Shown in pieces: positions 1 through 14,700 of a DNA stretch of 64,000 nucleotides (the stretch's first letter is position 1; every line of letters begins with the position of its first letter). The translations under genes and the position numbers were made by a program. The stretch comes from Raillietiella orientalis. Lineage: Eukaryota. Below the pieces are notes generated by a model, which saw only the letters and a list, made by a program, of their open reading frames with translations, did not search any database and was not told the DNA's origin. The stretch lies in contig JAYWIR010000012.1 of NCBI GenBank assembly GCA_036172245.1, positions 1,054,001 to 1,118,000 of the forward strand, read 5' to 3'.

Positions 1-799
1 CACCTTTCACTGGCAGAAGGGAAGCCGCGCGCATATTTTGCGCTCCACCTATTAAAAAGTGACCCATTATGGAACCGGGGAGGTCTGGGAAATCCCTTCG
101 TCAGGAGCAGCCCTTCTCCATCTCCACGTAAATTCCGTGCTATCTGAACGGCATCTTGATGCATCTGAATCAAGATTACGAAGAAGGGCGAATCCCCAGG
201 ACCCAGAGTCTTCCTCGTGCGCGACTCGCAGCAAGGGTATGACTCCTTCAAGAGAGAAGGTCCTTGAAAATGGTGCTACCGAGGTTTTTCCGACTCTTGG
301 ATTCTGCAGGAGGAGCAGGAGTCATTTGATGAAAGATCCGCTCTGCGTTCCTTCCTCAGCTTTCCACAGTCCGACCACCCTCGGTGGCTCATCCCAGAGA
401 TTTCGAGCATCGCCTTCCACCTGCGATTTACCCCGTAGATCAGTTCCCACGGAAGAGAATGTGGTTTCCCTGGGGCGCTTATGGTAAACAGTGTGACCAG
501 CAACTCGAGGTCGTACCATGACCTAACCACTAGAAGGCAGATGCTGTGTAACCAGACAGTGAGGCCCGCTTTGGGAGGGTAGAAGACGAAAGAACAGTAG
601 ATGAATAAATAGAAAAAGAGTTAATAGAAGTGAAGCTACTTAGCACCACTCTAAAGGCTTCACACTAGAACCAACCACAATCTATAAGGAAGAGGAATTA
701 TGGGTAATTCCATTTACTCCTCCAAATCCTCATGCATTTCCTGAATATCCAAGGAAACCATAGGAGGTGGAGGCCGGGGTCCAGCTCCGTTCCGTTTTC

Positions 800-2050
800 C
801 TGGAACCCACAGTCATGTGGGGAGCCATCCATTCCAGACAGCGGAATGGGTCCTCTTGCATCCGTCAGCAGATTGAAAAGTGCTTAGGATTGTGACGTAG
901 AAGTGGCAAACGGATCTCTTAATGGGCGAAAGGATCCAAGAGATGCACTGGACTTCCAGTCTCTCGGATGATAGCTCTGCAGACGGCAGATTCAAGCTGC
1001 TGACCGCACTCGAAGGTATACTCAGGAAGCCGTGCGAGCGGTGACACAAAAGCAGATCTTAAAGGACCTGACCGCACGTCGATCTCGAAAGATCCATACG
1101 CGATATCACAATAGGTGGATTGCTGCCGACTCAGTAACGACATGGGGGTCAGTGAACAATAGAACGTTAAGATTCCGGCCGCCTGCAGAATGCCTGGACT
1201 TTCGACGATCCAAATCCCACCTTCCTAAAGAATCACCTAGGGGAAGGGAAGACCCGCATCGGCCAGCATGGCGAGTCCAGCACCACTTTAAAAGGAGGGT
1301 TGCAGTCTCCTGCCTGTTTCGTGAGATACTCGGCTCCATCTCCTTCTGGACGAAGAACATCCATGGGAGATGAGGCAAGCCTTCCCACGTGCAGGGGATT
1401 TGAGACGAGAGTCCGCTGCCCTGTTCACACGGAAATAGACTGCAGCGCTCTTGCAAGATCAGTCCGTTCATCGGCAACGGTCTAGCCGTATACACTGACT
1501 TTCATCTCGCAGCAGCAGCGGATCAGCCAATCGGCAGGACGATCCAGGATTGAGTCGCAAAGGATGGCGGTCGTTTGCTCTTCTATAAGATGGTAGGCAA
1601 TGTTTCTCCATCGCAAATCGGGAGAGAAGGGACGAAAGACGAGCCAAGTAGAGGAACTGCTGCAGAGGATTTAGGCTGCTGCCTTTTCTTTTATTAGGCC
1701 CTCGCACAATCAGAACGGCAGTGCATGCAACGCTGCCAGGCTGGGAGTCCACTGACGGTTTCTTAACCATCTGCAAAGTGCGCAGCTTCCGGTGAAACTC
1801 AAAAGCATGAAGATGCGAGGCCGCCTCCTTGCGCAGCGTCCAAGTCCCCAATTCCACGCTCTGACTTGTGAGGGATCCCCCTCCTATGAAACCGTTCCTG
1901 CAGCTGACGAAGCATAAAAATGCGAGGATGGTTGACAAAGTCTCGATTTTCATCCTTGTGGGCATCCATCCCACACAAACAAATCAGGTTGCCTGGAAAT
2001 AAATAGAAGGGTACGGGAAAATTGAAAACGGATTGCCATTCCTGTTTTTC
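800..2050 (-). mobile_element. Highly decayed L1/Tx1-type ORF2 C-terminal fragment
   Basis: Minus-strand remnants DLDAAQGGGLA (L..P...GGLG motif) near 1.8 kb and VWNGWLPT (zf-RVT-like W...G.LPT) near 0.83 kb occur in the expected order, with many frameshifts. Confidence 0.4.
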
Positions 2051-3919
2051 CCTCCCTCTCTTCCGTCCGGGTTTCCTGATGCACGTTCTTCCTGATTTCG
2101 ATTCCCTGCCTGCTTTGGCTGTCACGTCCAGTTGCCGGTGGCAGTTTCGGCCCGCCGAGAGGAATGTCCGCGGAAGCAACGAGACTGCATAGGAAATCGC
2201 CGCTGTTTAAAAGCAGGAAATCGACGACCCTCATGAATTTTCAACACCGCCTCATCCCTCCCCCTCCCCTTTGCTCTTCGTTTCCGAATCGCAAAATTTC
2301 CTGGAAAAATGTTTGGTGATGGAAGCAATCCGAATATCCAAATGCCTTGTTCCGCCGAGTCTCCGGCAAATGTGAAAGCCCGTCGGCACTTTTTCAGCCC
2401 GATCGCTCGGGAACGTGGGACCGCACGCATCTGGAATGACGGAGTTCCGGACGGATGGCACCTCCCGGAAGCCAGCCCGTTGCAAGAAATAAGCGAAATC
2501 CGATTCCCAAACAGTAGCTCTCCTCTTCCGGATTCCAGTTCTTGCTTCTCCGACGCCCTTTCTCGTTAGGGTGTTTGAGTTCGAACAGTTTTCGAAGTCG
2601 TGGAGAGTGGAGAGTTCAACACGGCGGAACTTTCCTGGCAGATCGGCTTTGAGGGGGGGGGGATGTTTTGCGTTCGTTAACACATTGGGAACATAGCCGC
2701 GCGCATCCGAGAGCTGACTGGGAGTTGTTCCTATCTCCCTCTGCCCTGCAGAAGTGGTCAGGGAAGCTTCGTTCCGAGTGTAGCTGTTCCGCCCACACAA
2801 ATGGCACGGAGAGACATCACACCCTCTCCAAATCAGAGGTAAAGCACGACATGGGTCGAACTGGCGTTTGGTGTTTCTGTTCCAAAGTATGTAGGAGAGC
2901 TGCCTGCGAGCGAGGGCCAGTGGCCCCCAAAACCACGAAGGCGCACATCAACAGGTTGCAGTGGCCAGGATCACAAAAGCTCTGCTGATGCTGGCGCGGT
3001 AATCATGCCACAGCAAGGATGCTGACGATGTTATGACTTGTGTGCTCAGCGACTCTCTCTCCCGCGTCGCACACCATGTTGACATTTTTGCTTCAGACAA
3101 GGACTCGCTGACGTGTAAGGGAGTGCCTCAGCTGCACTGATTTTCCGTTTGTCAAGGGAAGTGAAGACCAAAGGCAGCAAGAAAAAGTGCTGCCGCTGCA
3201 AGGAAAGTGTGGAGGTGACCATGAACACCGCAAAGATCTCCAAGTCTTACAAGGAGGTCCCGCTAGTGCTTCCTGTTGGGTACTCAGTGATTTCGCGTGG
3301 GCGAGCTGCCGCTCCGTCCAAACACTCAAGATTTCCTTCTTCCTGCTTATCAGATCTCGTTGAAACTTGCCATGAAATCGATTTTCCAAGCACTTAGCTA
3401 TGCTATGGCTCCTGGGCAAGCAAACTCCATTTCTTGGTCTCATTCCGCATCCTCGAATCGGATGCATGATTCGTGAATGATCAGCCATCTACAAGTAACT
3501 GATTTACAAGTGATTCTCTTTTATTTGTTGCGCTGGTAACCATTGTGGTTGCTACAACACCAGAACTGCTTTTCTATTCATTAGGAGTCGCCACGCAACT
3601 GCACAACGGATTCCAGTTGGCCTGGCTACCTGTCTCTCCAAATTCGCGGCTCACACATGATTTGCCTCTTCGTAAAATCGAAAAAGACATAGTCCCTACT
3701 ACTACTATGATAGCAGTGGGCAGTCAGAGTTCTTCCTCGCATTTCCTGATTTTTTCACGAGCTACCCTTAGCGAGTTTCTTTTGGGATGCTGACAGATTA
3801 AACAATTTTTCATTCACTGCTCCGACCTCTAAAAAATCCACTTACATCTGATCATTCAGAATCTGTAGTCAAAGACTATTGTATTAGGAAACGTCAAAAG
3901 CTTTTTCAGTTAGATAAGG

Positions 3920-4470
3920 CATCTTACAAACAAAAAAAAGGTGGCTACAAACTTCACCGGTTTTCCCCAGTATCCGACTTGCGGTGGGGTGAATTTATTT
4001 TCAACTTTCATTCGTACATACATGCGTTGGTCAATGTCATCGGTCTTCACTGTTTTCCACTTTCCGGGTTGGTCTTCGGGCATCCAGTCACTGAGTTTGT
4101 GTGGGGAATTCACTCACTTGACAATGCTCCTGAATCCTTCGCAGGATATAACAGTACGTCCAAGTGGGAATACGTCCACAGCTTCCGATCCCAATTTCCC
4201 TTTTCATTAATCCTTTCAGTATTTCCACAGCTGGCATATTGTATATTCCGGTCCGCATTTTTGCCCTTTTCATCACGATGCTCGTGATAAAGAGGGCGAT
4301 GGTGATGCGGACCGTTGGGTTGTATTGCCGTACCCTTCAAACATCCCTGCCAGGATCTCCGTCTTGTCCATCCTCTGCAGTCCTGTCACCTCCTTCGGCT
4401 TGGCCCAGTCCCGGAGCAGCGTCGGACGGGTGAGTACGTGGAGTTGGGTGAGTTTCCCAACAGACTTTCC
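3920..4470 (-). mobile_element. Diverged 3' fragment of the same Tx1-like family as 18.2-23.5 kb
   Basis: LHVLTRPTLLRDWAKPKEVTGLQRMDKTEILAG aligns with FHVFTCPTLLQDWTTLKAVTGLQTKGKMEILAG (23.05-23.15 kb). It also shares the 3' motif AAATTCACCCCAC...TGGGGAA. Confidence 0.8.
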
Positions 4471-5574
4471 CAATTCATGGAAGCGCAAGACTGAAGAAAA
4501 GTCTGCCTTCATTCTTCTACACGTAAAGTGTCAAAAATGATTCACCATGAAAACAAATCAAAAAGTCCACGTTACGATGGCAACCGTTAAAGAAAACTGC
4601 GTTCAAAGCAATTTAGAAGTTTATTTGCTACCATGGATTTTGTGAAATGGTGCTGGAAATCGGATGCTACATAGGGAAGTTTGCTTTTCTATTCCGATGA
4701 AGATCAAGAAATAACACAAGGAAGGGAAGGGTAAATCCGATTCTCCCGCAGGATGCTCAATTCCCACGTAAACTTCAGTTTTTAATGGATTGCAGGATTC
4801 ATCCACAATAAAATAAGCTATAAAACTGGAAGGCTTATTCTTTTCGAAGATTTTCGCTACTCTCAAATGAAGACAGAAAATATATCCAACTTATTTAATC
4901 ATTCATGGACCTCTACGCAAACTGAAATTCCCTGACACAGCAATCGGAAATATCTCCTACCACCTTAAGACGAAACTTTTTGCGGGAAAAAGTCATTGCA
5001 GAGATCGCTGGAGGCATGAATTTCGCTTGATTCGCTCTCCACGGAAGAATATCCCTGTATTTCGCACCAGTGAATGCACGGGAGAGGATCACGCGATGCA
5101 CGTGAACGAAACGCCTTTCCAACCAAGGGCGATCAATTTCTTTTGATACTGACGTATCCGATTTTGTTGCTTGAAGCAACGACTTCAACCCAAATGGCCT
5201 GTTGTGGAGAAAAAGACGGTGTCGAGAAAACGTCGACAATCATCACAGGCTGGAAGAACGCATGCAGGACAGAGCACAAGACCCACATCCCACAGCATTT
5301 CGACAAAACACCCACAAGTGATGACCCGAGAGAACGGCACGAGCCATACGAGCTGATCCTTGAATCTGAATGTTCCATTGCGCACGGGGCGTTCTCTTGA
5401 GACTGAGCACAAAGGCCGGAGCTGACCATAAAGGCAGGACGCAAACAGGTATGCAAAGAAAGTAGCAACCTCAGCACAGGAAGTTCGAGTGTCCGAGTCT
5501 TTCGTGATTGTCAAAAGCCAGTGATCAAAAGCTTCAAATTCGCAAAACTGACTAGAGCAAAAATAAAAAGTCCC

Positions 5575-7188
5575 AGGATTGCCCCAAGTCCCACTTGCCT
5601 TGAGGTGAGTTTATCCCGTAAATTTCAAACAATAATTACAATCACACATTTCCGCAAACACTTTGTCAAATGTTTCTGCACACGAATTTTCAAAGTGTCC
5701 ATTTCTTTGCTTGCCATGCGCAGGATTCTCCTCTGTTGGGGAAGGGAGGTAACTAGGGTCTCGAGGGCAGTCCACTCGTTTGGGCAGCATCCTCCATCTT
5801 CTTCAGGATTTAACGGTAGGTCCAGGCGGATACTCTGTCGCAGCTGCTGATTCTAATTTCTCTTTGCAGCACTCTTTTGCAAATGTTGAGACTAGGCACT
5901 TCAACGTTGGTATTCCCGGATTTCGTCCGTCTTATCGCGATGCTCGTGATGGAAAGGGCCGCACAATGGGAATGCATCGAGGAACGTTTCTGCTCCCATC
6001 ATGCCTTCCTGCCAAGATCTCCATCTTTCCTTTCGTCTGCAGGCCGGTCACCGCCTTCAGCGTTGTCCAATCCTGGAGCAGCGTCGGGCAGGTGAAAACG
6101 TGGAACCGGATGTCCCTGTCTCCACACACCTTGCAGAGCTCGTCTTGGCTGCTGCTTGTCCAATGCTTCAGTGGGAGTCACTCAGGAAGCCTCCGTGGTG
6201 CTCATTCGGAAGGTCATCCCGGTGACCATGCCCGGTGGTAAATCGCTCCTCCATATCGTTGTGCCAACCGCTAGCAGGTTCTTCCGTAGCGGTTGGCAAC
6301 TTTGTCCAGTAAACCGTCTTCATTGGCTTCCTCCTTCATTTGCTCGCGGACGATGTCTGTGGCCCCACTCATTCGTCGCTTCACGTTTCCAGAGCTCGCG
6401 GGTCCTGTGGCTGAAGTTTTCGATCGTTTTCGTGATGCAGCGATGCAGGCGCATTCTGTAGCAGCTGCCACTCGTGGTGAGCTGTTCGCAGTTGCGAATC
6501 TTCCCTCCTGTCCTCTGCATCATCCGTTTCCAAGTCTCTCGAGGGGCCCTTGTGAAATAGGCAATCTCCTCCTGCCACAATTCCTTGCTTCGAGGCACTA
6601 TCTGGAAGCGGTGCCTGTCTCGTTTGCCACGTTGGGGTCCATATTCCCCCCAGTCTCCACGCTTACCTATTGAGGGTCTCTCGAGTTGTTGACCAGTTTC
6701 GAGTGGGCTTTGTGCGCCGCATGAGGCCACTGGTCCCAGTCGCTGCTGAGATGCAGGGGTTGTTGCGCGTCAACTCCGTCCACGGATTGATTGCTGCAGC
6801 GACTCCATCCCGATCCCACCTCCCTCTTGTGGTCGACATAGAACTGTCAGCCGCACCCGTGCTTTGTGCTCGCTCCAGAGGATCTTGCATCGAAGCTGTT
6901 CCATTTCCATCCTTGTTTTCTTATCCAATGAACAGAAGGTCGCTCCGAGGAGCATCTTGAGAAGGGGAGCTCCATTCGACAAGTTCGCATACGGCTCCAT
7001 GCTGAAGTCCACGCGAATGTATCGTCCGCTGTCTGGCTTTTCCTAGGATTCGTTCCTCTGGATCTGTGGAGAGAAGCATCTCTGACGTCTGATTCCTAGG
7101 TATTTAAGTTCATCCACCACTCGGCATCCCTTCTCCGTGTAGGCGGAGAGACCCAGGATTCCGATAGGCAACAGTTTCGACTTCTGGA
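5575..7188 (-). mobile_element. 5'-truncated Tx1-like LINE copy (end of RT to 3' UTR)
   Basis: The reverse complement of ~5750-7188 is near-identical to 21963-~23400 (QKSKLLPIGILG..VDELKYLGI, LCRPQEGGGIG, CKVCGDRDIRFHVFTCP). Similarity is weaker down to ~5575. Confidence 0.92.
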
Positions 7189-7844
7189 CGGTCTGCGCAC
7201 CGGATTCGTTGCAAGCTTTGCTAGTCAGGACCTTTGTATTGTTTATTATTAAGTAGTAAACACTCTGTCGAGGTCCTGGAAGATTGTCTCTTGATGCGTG
7301 AAAACCCACGAGCCAAGAGGCGATCCAATCAAGAAAAATGGATCATTTTCATGAGGATCTGTGTCGGTTTTACTGGTTTTTTTTTCCAGATCTGGAAAAA
7401 GGGCTGCGAAGCAGGTCGCAGTCTTTCGGTGACCTCTCATGGCTACGGCCGAAACTTATGAGCTTCCGCGTTTCTCATTTGATAGCCAGCAAGGTCTTTG
7501 AGATGGGAATCCGATCGTGGGGCTGAGACAACGGCACATCGCAGCGTGAGCACATTGTGGCTCGCTGCCATGATTAAGGCTGGATGGACAGGTGCCTTGC
7601 ATGCTTCACGTCCGGTCTGCCGAAGAATTCAGACGCCCCGCGAAGAACAAAGGAGAGTCCAGTGTATGTTACGAACTTTCTCGCTCTTGTTTGCCTACGA
7701 GCCTTTAGAAGTTCTCGACTTGTTGAAATCGTGGGCACATCCAGCAATCTACTTATTTACTTGCGATAGCATTTCGTTGAAAAAGTGTTTCAGACTCCTG
7801 TTTCAGAATACAATGGGTTTTGTGCCTGCTCATGCTGGGATGTT

Positions 7845-8560
7845 TATTTAAAAATAAATTAATCAAAATTCGGTGTTAAAAAAAAAGTTCACTGGGAACG
7901 ATCACCAGCTAGCAGGCTAGTCTATAAGGGAGTCTAGGGCGGAAGGGACAGAGGTCTCTAGTTTCAGCTGCTTCTTTCTTCCTACAGGTGGCTCTGAATC
8001 CTGATGATCTCCCTGACAAATTTTCCTTGCAGATGAGGCCGTCCTGCAGCCGTCCTCTTCAAGGAGGCTGCCATTCGGGTGGTGTCCTTTCACCACAAAC
8101 GAGACTCCATCTCGGAGCGGGCAGTGACAATGGTGCGCATGCAATAGGTCGTTACGATCATGGAGCCTCTTCCTCCGGTGTGGTGGAACGAACGAAGAAC
8201 CTCCTTCGAAAAGCCCCCTGGGGCAGTCGGAGGTGCCGAGTCCGATTAAAAGACTCGTGTGCTCCTTGTCGCGACGGAGGACTTGGACTCCTGATGTTGG
8301 GGCGCATGGAGGTTCAGTTGAACTTTCGAAGACTAGCCTTCGTGGCACAGAACTAGACTGCCCATTGATGCGCCCCTGTACGTTTGCTCTCCCTGCTGGC
8401 GGACGGTGGCGAAGGACTCGCAACCCTGTTTGCTTGTTGCCACCGCCGCCTCCCATCTTGCAGCTTCTTTCTCCGGTGTGTCGCTGCTCTGGTGACAACG
8501 AACACATGGACTCACTGTCGCCCTGCAAATATTCCGGTCTTTAGGCAGGAGAAAGTGAGA
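7845..8560 (-). mobile_element. 3' end of a second L1/Tx1-like family (family B)
   Basis: Clear nucleotide similarity to 53150-53560 (AAAAAAAGTTCACTGGGA..CACCAGCT.GCAG; GTTTCAGCTGC..; TCTCCCTG..AA.TTTT.CTTGCAG). AATAAA lies at the minus-strand end. Confidence 0.65.
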
Positions 8561-8699
8561 ATGTGAGCCCAGCTCACCCGGGCCCTGTCGGAAGTTACCC
8601 GCTGCCGAGAGTTTCAGAAGAACAGTGGAAGAACACTGTAGGCATTGGGTAGTGAGCTGACCATGTTGGTCTACCCAGCAGCCACGCCCTTCGCAGCAG

Positions 8700-9490
8700 A
8701 GGTGTCATCCGCTGTCGAGGTACATGCGACCTGCCCAGTTACAAAATGGGAGGTTTCCTGAGAGATCTCGACCCGCAGGAAGCCTATCGGTGGCTGGACT
8801 CCGCGGCAGCTGGTTGACGCGGCAACAGCAAGAACCGTCTCCAAAGGACTGGGACGCTGGGGAGAACTCTTCTTCATTCAGCCTGAAGAGTTGGGAGTGC
8901 CCCCCGTGTTTATGGATAGAAAGCTGCTTCCCCTCACGTGGCAGCAATCGGCGCTGATGATACTGCACTGGGGTCTTCCGTGCAATGCGCTCCGGCACCA
9001 CTGGACGAGGGGAAGCGCATCGCCCAACTGTGCCACGTGTGGAGAGAGGAGAAGACCTTCCCCCACCTCATATCGCAGTGCATCGTCCTCCGGAAATTGT
9101 GTAAACGTTTCCCTGCGTCCCTGCGCATCCCGTGGACGATCCCAGTGATTCTTTGAGGTCCCTCCTCGTGCGGGACGCCATGAAGCCTGCAGCCGCAATC
9201 ACAGCGCTGTGCTGCGTGCGCGGTGTCGTCGCGGCAAAGTGCGATGCTGAGAGAGGTCGGAGCGACGGGGGGCTGCCCTGCAGGCCATCCGCTACCTGCG
9301 GATAGCTTTGAGGTGGTCCCACCCGGAAAGGGAGAAGGAGGTGCTCGCCGGCATCCTTCAACGGATGTAGAGGCTTCCCCCACCACGAAACATGATCCCT
9401 CCCTTCCCCCAACTGATTTTGTTTGTTTATTTTTGGTGTTTGTCACAGTTTGCTTTCATTTTCTATTTTTGTTTCATACCGCTTCCTCTT
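8700..9490 (+). mobile_element. L1/Tx1-like 3' fragment with C-terminal zinc-binding region and T-rich 3' UTR
   Basis: LMILHWGLPCNALRHHWTRGSASPNCATCGE..HL (zf-RVT-like), followed by CATGATCCCTCCC and a T-rich tract. Confidence 0.6.
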
Positions 9491-9559
9491 CGTGGACGTG
9501 ATGGACCTCTTAGGCCTTCCCTTCTTTCTAGTGTAACAATGGGAATTGGTGGGCCATCG

Positions 9560-10200
9560 GCTCCATCGATTCCTGTAAGAGAATAAACTCCCCGGCGCAC
9601 CCGGGTGTGGAACCATGGCGCCTCTCGTCAGCCCGCCTCGTGTGAAGAAGCGTTGCAGCAAGTCCAAAACAACGTCGTCCGGGGCGAGTCTTCGCCAAAT
9701 GTCCTTGCGGACATGGCAGTCCAGCAAGAGGTGTCCAGCAAGTGATTGCATCCTGTAGCAGTTCGATGAGGCAACTCTCGCGGAAGTCAGGAGTCCGCTC
9801 TGGTTGCACTGGAATCCCCCGTACAGAAACAGCAGAACATCCCGTTTTCACCGCAATGGGACCACGGAAGTTCCGTACGCAGAGAAGGGATAGCGAGTTC
9901 TTTATTTCTTCTTCGGAACGAGGAGAGGTGCGGTCCACCAACGCAATCGTTTTTCAGCCGTCGAGGAGTTTCTCGACTCCCGCAATTCTGCAGAAGAAAT
10001 CCCACCTCGCAACTCATTGTTTGCCCTGAGGGCAGACGGTGCTGAGACAACAGACGAGACGGCTATCCGGGATGCAATAGATTGGCACGCTGATGCACAT
10101 CAGCATGCCAAAGAACTGCACATCAGCAGTTCTTCCGCAGTCGTCACAGCTGTCATCTTTCATTCCTACGATGTGGTTTTTTACTACCACCGCTATAGAG
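9560..10200 (-). mobile_element. Family B L1/Tx1-like C-terminal fragment
   Basis: GHLLLDCHVRKDIW..LQRFFTRGGLTRGAM aligns with LLDCGVSADVW..QRFFTRSGLTTGAM at 53.5-53.7 kb. Confidence 0.7.
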
Positions 10201-11199
10201 TGTTGTTAAGAAGCAAACGGTGGTCTCTCCTTCGGGAAAAGTAACTGAGCGTGGTGAACCTGAGAGGTCTTTCAAGAAGCGCTGGTAAAAGATTTGGAAT
10301 GATGATCTTAAGGCCAAAGTGAGCGGTTCTTGCTGCCTGCTTTAAATGGTGAGCACTGCCTCTATTTTTAGAAGCTTCAGACCCACCGAATTGAAAAGAG
10401 ATGTGGTTTCTTGGGAAAGAGGTTCCGTGGTATTCCCCAGTGAGAGGAATTCTCATGAAATCAAATGAAAAGTGAAATCTAAAACAGATAGCCTGTCAAT
10501 TCTGCCATCCAAAAGCATCATTGCAGAGCATTCTTCTACGTGCTTCAGGCATTTTAGCCACCGTACAATGGCGTACATCTCATACGGAACGAGCTTCACG
10601 GCTTCCAAGCGACGGCAACACGCAATTGGATGTTTCCATTTTTCCATGCATGATGTGCGAAAGTTCGGAAAATTTGGTCCAACACGCATGCCAAAAAGGT
10701 CCCCCCCCCCTCTTCACCCCCTCCTTGAAACCTGATGAATCACGGTGACCCGTCATTCGAAAGTATTCGTTCTACAGAAAGATTCTTCTGCGTGAACTAT
10801 TACATTTTCTCCTCAAAGATACTCTAGAGCGGCGGTGATTAAAACCACGTCATTTAAGATGAGAAAGAAAACACACACACAATCTCATTTCCTTAAGATG
10901 GAATCGATGATGAAAGTATCGTTTTCACGATGATTATCAAAAAGAAAATGCAGTGATAAGGAGAGTCACAGCTATTTCAGAAACAAAGCGTCATTTATTA
11001 CCATGGATTAAAAGCAGTAATCTAACAGATCATTGAGAAAAGAAGCATTTTTGCGAGAGGAAACATAATCGGCCGAGTAATTTCCTTCCCGAAATGACGG
11101 AAAGGGCAGCAAAAAAATCCACCATGCAAGCTTTCAAGGAAAAGCATCGTTGCAAATGGGATGGATAACTCCCGGCCTCGTTAGAATAAGAGAGACCAC

Positions 11200-11700
11200 C
11201 TTTTTAACAAGAACCTGGAATTTTGAAATCGAGAAGAGATGATCGTGAGCAAGATGGCGGACGTTGGGTATCTAAAGGATAGGAGGGGGAAAAAATGGCG
11301 GCAAACGATTCACCGATGGCGAAGATCAAAGGCGTGCGCGGTGAAAACCAACCAACAAACCTCTCGAGAATTATCTCTGGTAGATGCTGACAAACCCTTC
11401 CGTCAACCGGCGAACGCCTTTCTTCAAGCCTTCGACCGGAGTGGAGCAGACGGCCTGCTATCTGCGCTGCAGGGGAAAGTCTGCCTTTGGCCCGTGAGAT
11501 CAGCAGCCACATAGCGCAAACGGAACACGTTGGACTGCGGCAGCACTGGCGATATGGATAAAGCCCGTAAGGAATCACCACTTGCGAAATCAAAATCCTG
11601 GTGCACACCGAGCACGGATTCAAGAAAAACCATCCCCGAGTTGATTTTTTTATCCTGCACAGCATCACATGCTACTATATCGTACAGTCGTACACCTCCA
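11200..11700 (+). mobile_element. Decayed reverse transcriptase fragment (domains 2-3)
   Basis: LSLVDADKPF resembles (L)SLD.EKAFD and is followed by WIKP..ITTCEIKILVH. Confidence 0.4.
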
Positions 11701-14700
11701 TCGCAAACTGCCTATAGTGGAGCAGCAGTCGTTGCTGTGCCTCGAACGACGATTGCTACTCACATGTGAGTAGCAGCCAGACTTCAAGACGAAACGGAAT
11801 CGGACGATCCTCTCCAAAGTGGTACCCAGTGTCCGTCGGTGAACGAGGAAAAGGGCACCGAATAAAACGAGGCTCAGAAGGAAAAACAATTTCCTTCTCC
11901 TCTCTGATGAGACGCCTTCCTCTGAAGCATGCCCATCGCCTCCTCTCATAGGCGCTTTTTTGTTCCCCATGTGGCAAGATGCGCTGCTTCTTGAGGCGAT
12001 CGCGGAGGACCGGTTCGCCCCATCTTTCTGGCCACTGCTTCCCGTCCAGGTAGCTTGACCTCCGTGCTGCCCGCGCCTTTCCTATCTAAATCTCCAGGTG
12101 AACCATCAGAGCGAATCGGGATCAGCTGCCTCGGCGCCAACTCGCAGTCCTCATGTACTTTTATGTGGTCTCACTCAGGACTGCAACTCTTCTGCTTGCC
12201 TCACCGCATCCCGCAAGCTGCTCTCCACACAGATCTGAGAAAAATTCTTCCGATTCCGAGTTCCGTTTCCCGCGGGAACTCCACTATCGCTGCTGCATCC
12301 TGTTTTTTTCCTCCTCTCAGCATAGTATAGGTGACAGACTCAATGCCTGGGGGTCAGTAGTGACCTCACAACAAAAACCAGTTGCTCAGAGTATTCATTC
12401 AAAGTGCTTTGACGATTCTGAATCTCACTTCCACTCGAAGACCCATAAGAGAAGTAGTAATGCAACTAATAACAGCATGGGGTTACGTATGTCTTGCTCA
12501 CGAATTTCCTGATGATTCAGAATGAGAGGGATGTTAGCAAAGTCTTCCTACTATGGGTCTATTCATTTCGAAAGTCATCTCACTGAGCATCGGGACGTTG
12601 CTAGGCAATGAGCCAGGCACACCATGCCCGAGGAAGAGGCAAAAATGCCCCACGACGGCAAGAAAAGGATAGATATACTGATAGCTGATAATGAAGACGG
12701 AAAGCGCTCGTCATGCTCCATAAACGAAGCCACATCTGCATGAAGCAAGCAGCGAAGCGCCGAAAATGGGCTCCAGCCGCATATCCTCTAATCTCCCTCA
12801 TCTTCTGGAGGAAGGAAGCAGCGTGTCTCGGAACATCCCTTCCCCCCCGTGATTGAATTCAATGAGATAGCTGCTTCCAACCTTGGGAGCAGTCGTGGAA
12901 GAATTCATTTCTGGATTGGCAAAGTGGTAGGAATGTAGAAGCCGTGTTCGCGGCGGATTTTCAGTTTACTGCTCGCACCTATGCACGCACATAAATCTGC
13001 GAAGCAGTTCAGTGTGGAACGGAACTCAGAGGATGTATTTTTGTTGATGTGAATTACTATCACCAGTGCTCAGAGTTGGTAGAAGAAAAAAAGATAGAAC
13101 TTTCGGTGCTCGCTTGAAGGTGGTAGATAGCTCTGGCAAGGCTCTGAAAAAAAACAAACAAACCAGACTGCTTCGTACGATGCTCAGTCCGTCGAGGGCA
13201 GTTTCCTGGGGTTAGTGGAAACAAGACAAGCTGAATAGGAGACTTTGGCTCTCTTTAAAGCCTGACCTTGTTTGCTGGTAGCAGGAAAAGAGCAGTTTCG
13301 TGCTGCCGCCTTCTGTAGGTGGCCACAGGGCTCAACACTCCTCACAGCTCCAACCCGTGTTTGTTGTCCGAATGTTTGAGTTTCAGCGGAAGTAGTTTAA
13401 AATTTTTGCTCGTAGCAGCATTTCGCAATTCTTGTGCTGCTCCCATGGACTCAAGGAAAGCTCTCTGATTAGCAGATAAGCCTTTTCGACAGACTCCTGA
13501 CTGGTGAGCCCGCTCTGTTGTCTCCACACAGCGATCCAGCTTTATTTCGCAATGCACCAGTGTGCGGAACCAAAGCTTTTCTCTTACTGAATTGCACTTT
13601 TGTTAGGAGCTGTTTCTTTTTTAAGCCGGAGGTGTGATTCCATAATCATTTGCTCGAGCTTCTACTACAAGAGTACAAGACCTCTCACTACATGTGGTTT
13701 CAATAAGCATTGAAGATGAAAGCTATCTTCTCTTATTTAGAATAAGCAAAATAAATAAAATGAATGAATAAATCAAAATTCATTATGTGACCTGACCTGT
13801 TCGCTGAGCTCATGACAGTGCCGTGTTGAACAAAAACCTTGTGTAGCTACAACGTCTACGTGTAAGCAGGAAAAAAAAAAAATTAATTATAATTACTTTA
13901 TAAGATTGAAATCGCCGTAGAAATTCGAAACCAGTTCATGTTTGCTTGAAGATTCCCTAAAACTACAGCTTGTGTGAACAAAGAACACTTTGGTTAAATT
14001 GAAGCAATCACAAGCCTGAAACGGAGGAATAAATTTGTATAATTTTATTTTTAGAAATGTGGTTTGTGAAATGTGCAAATAGTGATATCCAAATATGTAT
14101 TATGTTTTTATGGTATGGGAATCTGCCTAGAGTGATTTTCTATTTTTTTCCTAACAAAATGCTTTCTGTTTTGAAGATTGTGAACGCATGATATTTAAGA
14201 TCTGTGCTTGATTTCGTGTACAAATAAAAGTCTCATCTAATAATTATTAAATGCTTACCTAGCAATTGTAACGTCAGCTCTTCAATTGACATTTTAGTGT
14301 TTTCAAAAATACGAATTCCAAATACGATTGGAAAAAAAAAGAAATGCACTTGCAACCCTGACCATTTTGGGAAAAACAAAAGAGAAAGTCACTGAAACTG
14401 GGGCATAAAATTTCACGCTGCCCGGGACCTTGTAACGGCCCAGGTATGGAAAGGAACCCTTGAATTTGCTCCTCAGGTTTATGAAAAAACAGTGAACCAG
14501 CTGGAAGGGAGGATATCAGGTGGTACTTGATTTGGTACAGATACTGAAAATGTTCGCTGCGCGGTAGTACGATGAATTTCAATGGGCCAGAAACGCTATG
14601 ATGAGTGGGAAAGTTCGTTGTCCTTTGTGTGGAAAGCTGAAGAAACGAACCACTTCCGTACCAATCGTCCGTTCAACCTACGACGTGACAGAAACTGAGA